NCBI GenBank assembly: GCA_024278835.1
Contig: JAJRSK010000042.1
Location: 30 to 64,029, forward strand
DNA: 64,000 bases
Origin: Campylobacterales bacterium
GTDB lineage: Bacteria; Campylobacterota; Campylobacteria; Campylobacterales; QNZT01
Reading direction: 5' to 3'
A model generated the notes under the pieces. The model was not told the origin of the DNA. It saw only the letters and a list, made by a program, of their open reading frames with translations, and ran no database searches. The position numbers and the translations under genes are program-made. Below are positions 1-8,649 of this stretch, piece by piece (the first letter of the stretch is position 1; every line of letters starts with the position of its first letter).

Positions 1-96
1 AGACCACGAAAATGTCTTGATTGGAAAACACCATATGAAGTGTTTCAAGAACTTTCAGGGATTGATGCTAGAATTGTGGTTCAGGGTATTCGTTAG
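1..96 (+). mobile_element. 3' end of an IS30-family transposase gene (partial, runs off the left edge)
   Basis: Frame 1 is open from base 1 to TAG 94-96 and reads RPRKCLDWKTPYEVFQELSGIDARIVVQGIR. The RPRKxL..TPxEVF block is the typical C-terminal motif of IS30-type DDE transposases. No terminal inverted repeat identified. Confidence 0.5.
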
Positions 97-177
97 AGAT
101 GCGAATCCGCCTATAGAAGTTAATCCTGAAATAGAAGATAGTATGTTTACTACAAGAAGATTAGAAAAAGGACTGTA

Positions 178-1500
178 ATGCGAAAGGTTGTTTTATCTCT
201 GTTTGTAGCTTTATCTCTCTTTGCAGATAGTGCAGATGAACTTTTAGATGGTTTTGATGATGCTCCAAAAGTAGATAATGTAGCCGATGACTTACTTGAT
301 GGATTTGACGATGAAGTAAAAGAGAGTGTAGCAAGTGATGAAAAAAACCCATTGCAAAGGTGGGGTATCGAAGGGAAATTTACCCAATCTGCTGCCTATA
401 GCTTTCACAATGACGCACCTCATGATGGACTCAGTATGTTTAAAAGTGCGCTCTTTTTGGAGTATAATTATGCGCTTTGGAAGGATTTTAAACTCAAAAT
501 TAATGGGGTAGGGTTTTATGATACCTCGTATCTTCTCAAAGGGCGAGATGAATTTTCTGATGAGGATATCGATGCGCTTGAGAGTGAAGTAGAACTCTAT
601 GATGCCTATATTCAAGGTGCACTCACAGATAGATTGGATATCAAAGCAGGACATCAAGTTGTAGTCTGGGGGAAAAGTGATACCATTCGTATCACAGATG
701 TCATCAATGCCCTTGACAATCGTCGTCCTGGGATGACAGATATCGAGGATTTGCGTTTGCCACAGGCGATGGTAAAGCTAGACTACTATCATGATAACTG
801 GCGAATATCTCCTATCATGATAGTGCAACAAAAATTCAACAAAAACCCACCATTTCAAGGAGATTTTAACCCTAGTCCTAAAAAACTACCTTCGCAACAT
901 AGACCACATTCACCTTCTTATGCACTTAATGTCGCAGGGGAGTTTTCGGGTTTTGATGTGGATTTTTACTTGGCAGATATTTATGCGCAAGATGAGTTGG
1001 GGTTGCCTTTTGTCAATCACAACAAAAAGATGCAGATGGCTGGTGTGGCGTTAAACTATGTTTATGAGAGTTGGCTCTTAAAGGGTGAATTTGCCTATAA
1101 AAAAGATTTTGTTTTTTTACAGAGTGGTAATGAGAAGTTTGATAGAGTTGATTCACTTTTAGGATTTGAGTACAACGGCTTTGCCGATACGAAACTCAGT
1201 TATGATATTGCTAACAAACATATGCAAGATAAAAGTCCTCTTTTTGAACAAGATAGCTACCAGCACGCTTTTCGTATCACAAGTGATTTTCTCAATGCTA
1301 CCTTGCAGGCAAATTATCTTGTTTCGTTGTTTGGAAAAAAGCTTGATGAAGGCGGCTTTCAAAGGGCGTGGATGAAGTACGATATCGCTGATGGTATCAA
1401 TGCTAACTTTGGGATAGTTGACTATATTGGTGGATCTGCAATGTTTGATGCAATAGATGATAATGATATGATTTTTGTAGATATTTCATACAGTTTTTGA
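178..1500 (+). CDS. Secreted outer-membrane beta-barrel-like protein (DUF1302-like)
   Basis: RBS AAAAAGGA upstream. Signal peptide MRKVVLSLFVALSLFA. Duplicated acidic motif D(E/D)LLDGFDD. Block GHQVVVWGKSDTIRITDVINALD resembles DUF1302-type OM proteins. C-terminus ...VDISYSF is aromatic, as in barrels. Family recalled from memory, not searched. Confidence 0.5.
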   Translation: MRKVVLSLFVALSLFADSADELLDGFDDAPKVDNVADDLLDGFDDEVKESVASDEKNPLQRWGIEGKFTQSAAYSFHNDAPHDGLSMFKSALFLEYNYALWKDFKLKINGVGFYDTSYLLKGRDEFSDEDIDALESEVELYDAYIQGALTDRLDIKAGHQVVVWGKSDTIRITDVINALDNRRPGMTDIEDLRLPQAMVKLDYYHDNWRISPIMIVQQKFNKNPPFQGDFNPSPKKLPSQHRPHSPSYALNVAGEFSGFDVDFYLADIYAQDELGLPFVNHNKKMQMAGVALNYVYESWLLKGEFAYKKDFVFLQSGNEKFDRVDSLLGFEYNGFADTKLSYDIANKHMQDKSPLFEQDSYQHAFRITSDFLNATLQANYLVSLFGKKLDEGGFQRAWMKYDIADGINANFGIVDYIGGSAMFDAIDDNDMIFVDISYSF

Positions 1501-1565
1501 AAAAATACTTGTTTAAGAAAAATATAATTTACTTTTTGTATACTGTTCTTTAAAGGAATCAGTTT

Positions 1566-2483
1566 ATGAAAAAAATAGTAACGTTGTGTGTTGTGGCAAG
1601 TTTTGCATTTGCTAAAATGGAGACTGATGTTGCTTTGACTGCAGGATACAATAAGTTAGATCAACCGTATTATGTATATTCACATCGTGCTTTTTATGGT
1701 GTTAGGGCAGGAGTTTACATAGATGATCATATTGGCTTTCAGATTGGGTTTGAAAAGCCCGATCAGGCAAACTGTATCGGCTTGCAGTTAAAAAGATATT
1801 ATGCAAATACTTTATTAATGACAAAACTAGCTAATGGTCTTAAGCCCTATGGTGTAGGAACATTAGGCTATGAAACGAGTTCTGCTGATGATGATTATAG
1901 ACCTAGTCAAGCTTTTTTAGGTCTAGGTCTTGGTGTGAAGTATGATATTAATCAAAATTTTAATCTGTTTCTTGAAACTAGAGCGTTAAAAAGTCTAAAG
2001 AGTGATGATTTAACACTAGCTACAACACTGGGACTTGGATATAGCTTTGATACAGGGTATGCAACTTCTAGTATGCTCAATGATGAAGTAAAGGTAGTGC
2101 ATAAAAAGCAGAACATTACCAGACCTAAAATCAGACCAGTAAGGATAGAAAAACCTATGCCTACTCTGCCAGTAGCAAGTGAGCTAAATGTCTCTTATGA
2201 TATAAGAAAACCTATTATTTCTAAAACGATAGTGGTAAAACCTGCTTCTTCTCAAGGTAACCTTTTTGTGCAAATCGTAGCACTTACCACAAGTTCCCCA
2301 AGGTCTGCAGTGAGAAAACTACACGCAGAGGGAATCAGCAATGTTCATGTTAAGAAAATGTATCAAAAAGGAACATCTTACTCTTTTGTTGTTGTGGGTC
2401 CTTATGAGACAAGAGCCTCTGCTAGTAGAGCGCTTAGGAAACTAAAAGCACATCATGCAGGGGCATTTATCAAGAATTTTTAA
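1566..2483 (+). CDS. Small OMP-like barrel domain fused to a C-terminal SPOR (peptidoglycan-binding) domain
   Basis: Signal peptide MKKIVTLCVVASFAFA. N-terminal ~160 aa has Gly/aromatic alternating strands. C-terminal LFVQIVALTTSSPRSAVRKL...VVGPYETRASASRALRKLK fits the SPOR pattern. Confidence 0.5.
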   Translation: MKKIVTLCVVASFAFAKMETDVALTAGYNKLDQPYYVYSHRAFYGVRAGVYIDDHIGFQIGFEKPDQANCIGLQLKRYYANTLLMTKLANGLKPYGVGTLGYETSSADDDYRPSQAFLGLGLGVKYDINQNFNLFLETRALKSLKSDDLTLATTLGLGYSFDTGYATSSMLNDEVKVVHKKQNITRPKIRPVRIEKPMPTLPVASELNVSYDIRKPIISKTIVVKPASSQGNLFVQIVALTTSSPRSAVRKLHAEGISNVHVKKMYQKGTSYSFVVVGPYETRASASRALRKLKAHHAGAFIKNF

Positions 2484-3328
2484 GGACAAGGTATGATGAA
2501 GCTATCTAAATTTCGTTTTTTTAGGATAGCTGTATAACCCAAAGTAGAAGCTTTTTGACAAACTTCTGCTTTGAAACGCTTCTCTGTATATGCCGTGATA
2601 TTTGTATCATTATGATAGTCGATATACTCTGTAGCAAAGACAGCTTTTCCTAGGATTGAGTAAGCGTGCATCCCTTCTTCCTCACCAAGAGTAAAGGCAT
2701 TTTCACTGAGCGCCCAGTCAAATTTGTTTGCGTACTCTTGGCTAAGTTCTTGAGCATTTTTTTGCCCGATGCTAAGTCCTCGCTTGTGTGCTTCATCTAT
2801 CAACCAATCAACATAGTGTTTGGCATCTTCTAGGGTGAGAGCAAAGCCGGTGTAGTTAGTATCACTATCCCATGTATAGACATCTATATTGTCAGGTTCT
2901 ATCCCGTCAAAGCCCTTGGATTTTATCATGTCAAATCGCTTTATCATGATGGGAGCCAGAAGGTCTAATCGTTTGATATTTAAAAGTCTTTCCTCTTCCC
3001 AACCAGGATATTTTGTCCCGAGTAACTCCTGCGGAAAAGTATCTTTATCAGGACGATAGACTTCCCATGAACCAACAGAAAGATAAGCGATAACTTTTTT
3101 TCCTCTTTTATGAAGCGCTTCTATCGTCTCTTTACTCGTGTTAAAAGCATCTACATCAACGATGTCGATATCCTCTGCAAAAGAACTATTTTCATCAACA
3201 TCTTGTAAGTTCCAATCAAAAGTACTGTTTGCTTTGGGGATAAATACAGTGTTGTCAATTATCGAAGGTGTCGAGCTACCGCAACCTGCGAGTAAAAGTG
3301 TTAAAAATAGTGAATTTATTATCTTCAA
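2480..3328 (-). CDS. GH114-type endo-alpha-1,4-polygalactosaminidase-like lipoprotein
   Basis: Lipobox LTLLLAGCGSS. Motifs KKVIAYLSVGSWE, GFDGIEPDNID and YVDWLIDEAHKRGLSIGQKN fit the glycoside hydrolase family 114 TIM-barrel (PelA/Ega3-like). Confidence 0.6.
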   Translation of the reverse strand: MKIINSLFLTLLLAGCGSSTPSIIDNTVFIPKANSTFDWNLQDVDENSSFAEDIDIVDVDAFNTSKETIEALHKRGKKVIAYLSVGSWEVYRPDKDTFPQELLGTKYPGWEEERLLNIKRLDLLAPIMIKRFDMIKSKGFDGIEPDNIDVYTWDSDTNYTGFALTLEDAKHYVDWLIDEAHKRGLSIGQKNAQELSQEYANKFDWALSENAFTLGEEEGMHAYSILGKAVFATEYIDYHNDTNITAYTEKRFKAEVCQKASTLGYTAILKKRNLDSFIIPCP

Positions 3329-3834
3329 AATCGTGACTTTTGACTTTTCAGTGAACGCATAAAGAGTCCTAATCCACCCACAAAAAGCACTATCATCATA
3401 ATCAAATCAAAGGCACTCATTCCCTGAAGAGAAAAGTTGATACTCGCGATGATACCAAAGGTCAAAGCGATGATGCTAGCGATAGTGAGAAACCAGCCAA
3501 TTTTGTTTTGTGAATTATAAAATATCATACCGATACCGAAGATAAAAGGGATAAGTACCATGCCATTGGTGACTTGGTAGTTTCCTATAGAAAAGAGACC
3601 ATGCCCCATAGAAAGGTAGTGATCGACGTGGATTGAGCGCAGGAAAAGATACCCACCTGCAATCATCATGATAAGCCCTATAAAGAAACTCCCTTCTCCG
3701 CCGTCATTGCCACCAGCCCCTCTGTACATATCAATCCTTTTGTAGGGCTTTACTATGTCATATATCTTACCTAGAGGCTCAGACCGTAGGGAGGATTTGT
3801 CCTCGTAGTAAGATATATGACATAGCAAAGCCAT
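3325..3834 (-). CDS. Integral membrane protein of unknown function, co-transcribed with the GH114 gene
   Basis: 169-aa ORF with about 4 hydrophobic segments. Its stop overlaps the GH114 start by 4 nt. The true start may be the internal MYRGAGG. Confidence 0.4.
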   Translation of the reverse strand: MALLCHISYYEDKSSLRSEPLGKIYDIVKPYKRIDMYRGAGGNDGGEGSFFIGLIMMIAGGYLFLRSIHVDHYLSMGHGLFSIGNYQVTNGMVLIPFIFGIGMIFYNSQNKIGWFLTIASIIALTFGIIASINFSLQGMSAFDLIMMIVLFVGGLGLFMRSLKSQKSRF

Positions 3835-3855
3835 TTCTCATATCTTAGCATTTTT

Positions 3856-3864
3856 TGCTATAAT
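3856..3864 (+). promoter_or_regulatory. Extended -10 element TGCTATAAT upstream of moaD
   Basis: TGnTATAAT lies 14 nt before ATG 3879. The same 9-mer precedes three other genes in the window. Confidence 0.35.
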
Positions 3865-3878
3865 CTTGCTAAAGGAAT

Positions 3879-4103
3879 ATGATGGCTAGATTAGAATTTT
3901 TAGGACCTATTAACCGTAAAGCGATGGATGTTGATATCTCTAACCTGAAGGAGTTGAAAACCTTACTAAAAGATGATAAAGAGTTACAAGAGTGGCTTGG
4001 AAACTCTGCAGTAGCGGTCAATGATACACTGGTGTCAACGCTTGATACACCCATAAAAGAGGGTGATAAAATCTCACTTTTGCCTCCTGTGTGTGGTGGC
4101 TGA
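3879..4103 (+). CDS. moaD: Molybdopterin synthase sulfur-carrier subunit MoaD
   Basis: 74 aa ending ...LLPPVCGG, the ubiquitin-like Gly-Gly terminus. ATGA overlap with the following moaE. Confidence 0.8.
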   Translation: MMARLEFLGPINRKAMDVDISNLKELKTLLKDDKELQEWLGNSAVAVNDTLVSTLDTPIKEGDKISLLPPVCGG

Positions 4104-4543
4104 TGTTAGCACTGTATGAGGGAGACTTACCGGTAGATGAAATCTTGAGTGATTGGTATAAAGAGTTTAAAGAGAAAAACTATGGTGCATTTATCAACTT
4201 TGTGGGGATTGTGCGTGATGAAGATGGTATAGATGGACTTAGTTTTGATATCTATGAACCTATTCTAAATAGCTGGTTTGATACTTGGCAATCCAAAGCG
4301 CAAGAGAGAGGGGCTTATCTACTGATGGCGCATTCTAAAGGGGATGTACTCAATCATGAGAGCTCTTACATCTCTGCGGTTCTTTCTCCAAAGAGACGGG
4401 TTGCATTGGAACTGATAGATGAGTTTGTAGAAGATTTCAAGGCATCTGCGCCTATATGGAAGTATGATATCATCAATGGTAAAAGAGAGTATGCGCTTGA
4501 TCGTAGTACAGCGTTAAAAAATTCTGGAATATTAAAGGGTTAA
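4103..4543 (+). CDS. moaE: Molybdopterin synthase catalytic subunit MoaE
   Basis: MLALYEGDL..., FVGIVRD and ...SAPIWKYD fit the MoaE pattern. Start placed at ATG 4103 (ATGA overlap with the moaD stop) rather than the ORF-track GTG 4091. Confidence 0.8.
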   Translation: MLALYEGDLPVDEILSDWYKEFKEKNYGAFINFVGIVRDEDGIDGLSFDIYEPILNSWFDTWQSKAQERGAYLLMAHSKGDVLNHESSYISAVLSPKRRVALELIDEFVEDFKASAPIWKYDIINGKREYALDRSTALKNSGILKG

Positions 4544-4545
4544 GT

Positions 4546-5763
4546 GTGGGTTTTGTAAGTTTTGAAGAGTCGATAGAGAAATTGTTAGGTAGTATGGATG
4601 CTTCTTATTCTCATTCTCATGAAAAAGTTTTTTTGGATGATGCTGTTGGGCGTGTGTTGGCTGAGGATATCGTAGCAGATCATAACTCTCCGGCATATCC
4701 TACTTCGGCGATGGATGGTTATGCGTTTAAATTTGATGATCAGAGTTTAGAACGTCTAAAAATACAAGGGGTGATCCCTGCTGGTGAGTATAAAGATGAA
4801 GAGATAGTTGGAGGGATGTGTATCAAAACTTTTACGGGCTCTTTAGTCTGTTGTGGTGCAGATACGCTGATTCCTATTGAAAATGTTGAAGTAGATGGTG
4901 ATGAAATCATCATCAAAGAAGAGGTTCCTTTTGGATGTTCTGTGCGTCCTGTGGGGGAAAACTATAAAGCGGGTGAAGTGCTCATTGCCAAGGGAGCGAA
5001 ACTAGATTTTGCAGAGATTGGTGTGCTGGCAAGTTTGAATGTTTCTCAAGTTGCAGTGTATAGAAAACCAAAAGTAGCGGTACTATCCACAGGGAGCGAA
5101 ATCCTTGATGTGGGTGAGAAACAAACCAACCCTTCACAAATACGCTCTTCCAATCAATTCACCTTAGCTGCACTTACTAAAAAAGTAGGGGCAGATGTGC
5201 ATCGCTCTCCTTTGGAAAAAGATGATAAAGAGACGATTGAGCGTAGTATCAAGGATGCTCTCTCTCATAGTGATATCGTGGTGACGACGGGTGGGGTGAG
5301 TGTCGGGGATTATGACTTTGTCAAGGATATCTTGGCTGGTTTGGATGCGGAGTATATCACCGAAGGTGTGACGCTGAAACCGGGACAACATATAAAAATA
5401 GTGAAGGTAGGGAAAAAGTATATCTTTGCACTTCCTGGTTTTCCTTATAGTTCGACGGTAACGTTTATACTTTATGTTATCCCGATGATTCGCTATATGA
5501 TGGGGATGGAGCCGAAACTGCCGATGAAAAAAGCAAAACTAAAGAGTGCTTATAAGAAAAAATCAAATAAAACAGAAGTAGCCGTAGGAAATCTACACTT
5601 TGTAGAGAATGAATATCTTATTGATTTTAAAGGAAAACGCGCAGGTTCTTCAGCGATATTGACCAATATGCTAGGGACTGTGGCGCTTATCATGATAGAT
5701 AAAGAGAGTGGTGATTTAGTAGCGGGTTCTATGGTGGATTTTATAGATATGGATGCGCTCTAG
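4546..5763 (+). CDS. moeA: Molybdopterin molybdenumtransferase MoeA
   Basis: 405 aa with MoeA motifs SPAYPTSAMDGYAF, VLSTGSEIL and VVTTGGVSVGDYDFV. GTG start. Confidence 0.85.
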   Translation: MGFVSFEESIEKLLGSMDASYSHSHEKVFLDDAVGRVLAEDIVADHNSPAYPTSAMDGYAFKFDDQSLERLKIQGVIPAGEYKDEEIVGGMCIKTFTGSLVCCGADTLIPIENVEVDGDEIIIKEEVPFGCSVRPVGENYKAGEVLIAKGAKLDFAEIGVLASLNVSQVAVYRKPKVAVLSTGSEILDVGEKQTNPSQIRSSNQFTLAALTKKVGADVHRSPLEKDDKETIERSIKDALSHSDIVVTTGGVSVGDYDFVKDILAGLDAEYITEGVTLKPGQHIKIVKVGKKYIFALPGFPYSSTVTFILYVIPMIRYMMGMEPKLPMKKAKLKSAYKKKSNKTEVAVGNLHFVENEYLIDFKGKRAGSSAILTNMLGTVALIMIDKESGDLVAGSMVDFIDMDAL

Positions 5764-5767
5764 GTCA

Positions 5768-6313
5768 ATGTTGCAAAAAAAACTTCTTAATCTACTACTA
5801 ACGCTTGGCGTTTTAGTCTATATCGTCTTTGAAGAGTTGATATGGGAGCGATTTGCTCTGCCTATCATCAACTATATCAACGCGTTGAAGGTGTTGAAAA
5901 GATTAGAGGTGTATCTACAAACAGTCAATAGCAAACTTATTTTGGTGATATTTGTTTTGTTGTTTGTGTTGGTTGAGTTTCAAGGTCTTTATGCAGGCGC
6001 ATTGTTTTTAGAGGGAAAGGTCTTGCATGGTGCGCTTCTTTATGCAGGGAAAATTCCTATCGCTGCTTTTACTTTCTGGCTTTTTCGTGTGACAAAGCCT
6101 AAACTTATGGAATTTGCATGGTTTGAAAAGTCTTATCTGTGGATGATGGGTATCATAGAGAAGATAAAAGCTAGTGAAGTCTATCGCAATATCAAGGCGC
6201 GTACAACAAAGATAAAAGCATTTGTCAAAGCGCAGTTTTTTAAAGATAAAAGTGCGATAAAAAGGAAGGTGCAGACTATTTATAAGAGGTTAAAGGCACT
6301 TTTTAAGATGTAA
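5768..6313 (+). CDS. Membrane protein, unknown function
   Basis: ORF with 3-4 hydrophobic helices and a Lys-rich tail. ATG 5768 chosen within the ORF-track frame. Confidence 0.4.
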   Translation: MLQKKLLNLLLTLGVLVYIVFEELIWERFALPIINYINALKVLKRLEVYLQTVNSKLILVIFVLLFVLVEFQGLYAGALFLEGKVLHGALLYAGKIPIAAFTFWLFRVTKPKLMEFAWFEKSYLWMMGIIEKIKASEVYRNIKARTTKIKAFVKAQFFKDKSAIKRKVQTIYKRLKALFKM

Positions 6314-6331
6314 ATAATTTCAGAGGTGCCA

Positions 6332-6865
6332 TTAAAAAAATAGGAATTTTTTCTTTTTCTCCACATATCCTATAAGTATATCTTGGGATAGAATGTGTCC
6401 CTGCATGGTATCTTCGATATTTTCTTTACTAAGACCTTTTGGGTTTAAATTTTCTATATCAAGTGCATAGATTCTAAATCTGTATCCATGTTTTCCACTT
6501 CCCTTTGGTGGGCAAGGGGCGATATAGGTTTTTTTCCCATTGGTTGTGAGGGCGAGTTTTGAACCCTTTGGATGGATTTCACCCTCGTTGATAGATGTCG
6601 TCGTAGATGGTATGTCATATACAATCCAATGATTCCACATGCCACCTACTGCATCTGGATCATCCACAATCAACACAAAGCTCTTAACATCTTTAGAGTG
6701 AAAATTCCAACTTAGTTGAGGGGATAAACTTTGACCATAACAGGTATGCTTTTGTGCGAGGGTCTCTTTATTTTTAAAATTTAAGCTTGTAAGTTTCATC
6801 TGTGGCTCCTGTGCTAGTAGTGCTGTAATAAGGAGAGTATATATAAAAAAGAATTTTATTTTCAT
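6332..6865 (-). CDS. YbhB/YbcL-family PEBP (Raf-kinase-inhibitor-like) periplasmic protein
   Basis: Signal peptide MKIKFFFIYTLLITALLA. Motifs FVLIVDDPDA, WNHWIVYDIP and GKHGYRFRIYALD are typical of bacterial PEBP. Confidence 0.75.
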   Translation of the reverse strand: MKIKFFFIYTLLITALLAQEPQMKLTSLNFKNKETLAQKHTCYGQSLSPQLSWNFHSKDVKSFVLIVDDPDAVGGMWNHWIVYDIPSTTTSINEGEIHPKGSKLALTTNGKKTYIAPCPPKGSGKHGYRFRIYALDIENLNPKGLSKENIEDTMQGHILSQDILIGYVEKKKKFLFF

Positions 6866-6941
6866 GTGTAGTCCCTCTTTAATTTCAGGTTACTGTCTGT
6901 GCGACGATAACGAATTGTAACAAATTTTATTAGAGATATCC

Positions 6942-6994
6942 TTGACAAAGAAACTCTTTTCCCCTATACTTTGCATCACAAAGTAATTTGCAAA
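6942..6994 (+). promoter_or_regulatory. Sigma70-like promoter plus candidate operator for the membrane-protein/HTH/LolA-like/RND operon
   Basis: TTGACA (6942-6947), 17 bp, TATACT (6965-6970). It is followed directly by the inverted repeat TTTGCA-N13-TGCAAA (6970-6994). ATG at 7004. Confidence 0.45.
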
Positions 6995-7003
6995 GGAAAA
7001 TAT

Positions 7004-7618
7004 ATGAGCGAAAAAGAGGAAGCACTACAGCATCTGAGTGAGATAAAATCAGCATTGGTAGATAGGAATTCATTTTTTCCATATAACTACAATGCCCTTG
7101 TCAGCTGGGGTGTTATTGGAATGTTTTTGACGATGGTGATGCCTTTTGTTATAAAAGAGTCTGTGTTGCAGGGGACAATTTTGACAGCTATCATGATGCT
7201 TGTTGGTTTTGTGGTAGAGGGATTTTTGACCAAGCGGGTCAATGAAGATTATGATATAGAAACTTGTACTAAAAAACAGCGTTTTATCGCGACAACATTT
7301 GGCATAGGTACACTGTTTGGATTGGCGATGACAGCACTTTTGGCACAGGCAGGAGTTATCATCCCTATTTTTGCAGTATGGATGTTTGTTTGTGGCATGG
7401 GTGATTTGTCGGTGGGATATGTGCTCAATATGAAGATATTTACACTTCAGGCATTTATCATGATAGGGGCTTCATTGCTTGTTTTGATACTCTCCTTTTT
7501 TATGGGAGATTTGGGCAATTTGGATAGTGCATTTTTCTATTTTGCACAAGGCTTGTCATTTGCTACCGTGGGTCTGCTTCCTATCATGATAGCTAGAAAG
7601 TTACAAAAGGATAGCTAG
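7004..7618 (+). CDS. Polytopic membrane protein, unknown function
   Basis: About 5-6 TM segments. RBS AAAGGA 7 nt before ATG 7004. Its stop overlaps the GTG start of the HTH gene. Confidence 0.45.
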   Translation: MSEKEEALQHLSEIKSALVDRNSFFPYNYNALVSWGVIGMFLTMVMPFVIKESVLQGTILTAIMMLVGFVVEGFLTKRVNEDYDIETCTKKQRFIATTFGIGTLFGLAMTALLAQAGVIIPIFAVWMFVCGMGDLSVGYVLNMKIFTLQAFIMIGASLLVLILSFFMGDLGNLDSAFFYFAQGLSFATVGLLPIMIARKLQKDS

Positions 7619-7896
7619 TGTTTGATCCACTATTGCATCAAGAAGTGCGTTCAAAATTGATTTCTCTACTCATCGCCAATGATGAACTGCCTTTTATGGC
7701 GCTCAAAGAGATGCTTGAAGTCACCGATGGCAATCTTTCTAGTCATTTAAACAAATTAGAAAAAGGTGCCTATATCATGATAGAGAAGAGTTTTGAAGGG
7801 AAGCGTCCAAAGACGGTGGTGCATATCACTAAAGAGGGAAAAAAGGCGTTTAAGGCGTATATAGAGACATTGAAAAAATTTATCGAGGAGAATTAA
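7618..7896 (+). CDS. Winged-helix transcriptional regulator (HTH_34-like)
   Basis: 92 aa. ...FMALKEMLEVTDGNLSSHLNKLEKGAYIMIEKSFEGKRPKTVVHITKEGKKAF fits the small winged-helix family pattern. Confidence 0.7.
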   Translation: MFDPLLHQEVRSKLISLLIANDELPFMALKEMLEVTDGNLSSHLNKLEKGAYIMIEKSFEGKRPKTVVHITKEGKKAFKAYIETLKKFIEEN

Positions 7897-8649
7897 ATGA
7901 GAAAAATTATAGTAGCAAGTTTATTAGTAGCATCAAGCCTTTTGGCTTTGACAAACCAAGAGATAGCAGACAAGGCAGATAAGGTAACGGATGGTTTTGA
8001 GAGCTCTATCTCAAAAACCGAGATGACCTTGGTAAATGCGAGTGGGCAAAAGTCCATACGGGATTTGTTGATGAAAACGCTAGAAGGAGAAAATGGTGAT
8101 AAAACGATTTCTGTTTTTCTCTCTCCTGCAGATGTAAAAGGGACAAAGGTACTAGGTTGGGAACATGCTGATCGAGATGATGATCAGTGGTTGTATCTAC
8201 CAGCACTCAAGCGTGTCAAGCGAATTGCAAGTCGCAACAAGTCGGGCTCTTTTATGGGGAGTGAGTTCTCTTATGAAGATATCGGCAATCAAAATCCTAG
8301 TAAGTTTACCTTTGAAGGTGAGCCTAAAACGGTGATGTTGGATGGTGTGGAGTGCTATCAAGGTGCACGCGTGCCAAAAGATAAAAACTCAGGATACACC
8401 AAGCAAGTCACTTGGGTAGATACTAAAGATTTTTTGATTCGTAAGATTGATTATTATGATAGAAAAGAAGAGCTTTTAAAGACGGCTATTTTTTATGACT
8501 ACAAGCAGATAGAGGGTGTGTGGAGAGTAGGAAAAATAGAGATGAAAAATCATCAAAATGATAAATCTACCATGTTGATTTGGAAAGAGGACAAGATAAA
8601 AGCAGGATTAAAAGATAAGGATTTTAACAAACGGGAGCTCAAAAAATGA
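7897..8649 (+). CDS. LolA-like outer-membrane lipoprotein-sorting-type protein
   Basis: Signal peptide present. DQWLYLPALKRVKRIASRNKSGSFMGSEFSYEDI is the hallmark block of the LolA_like family that accompanies RND exporters. Confidence 0.7.
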   Translation: MRKIIVASLLVASSLLALTNQEIADKADKVTDGFESSISKTEMTLVNASGQKSIRDLLMKTLEGENGDKTISVFLSPADVKGTKVLGWEHADRDDDQWLYLPALKRVKRIASRNKSGSFMGSEFSYEDIGNQNPSKFTFEGEPKTVMLDGVECYQGARVPKDKNSGYTKQVTWVDTKDFLIRKIDYYDRKEELLKTAIFYDYKQIEGVWRVGKIEMKNHQNDKSTMLIWKEDKIKAGLKDKDFNKRELKK

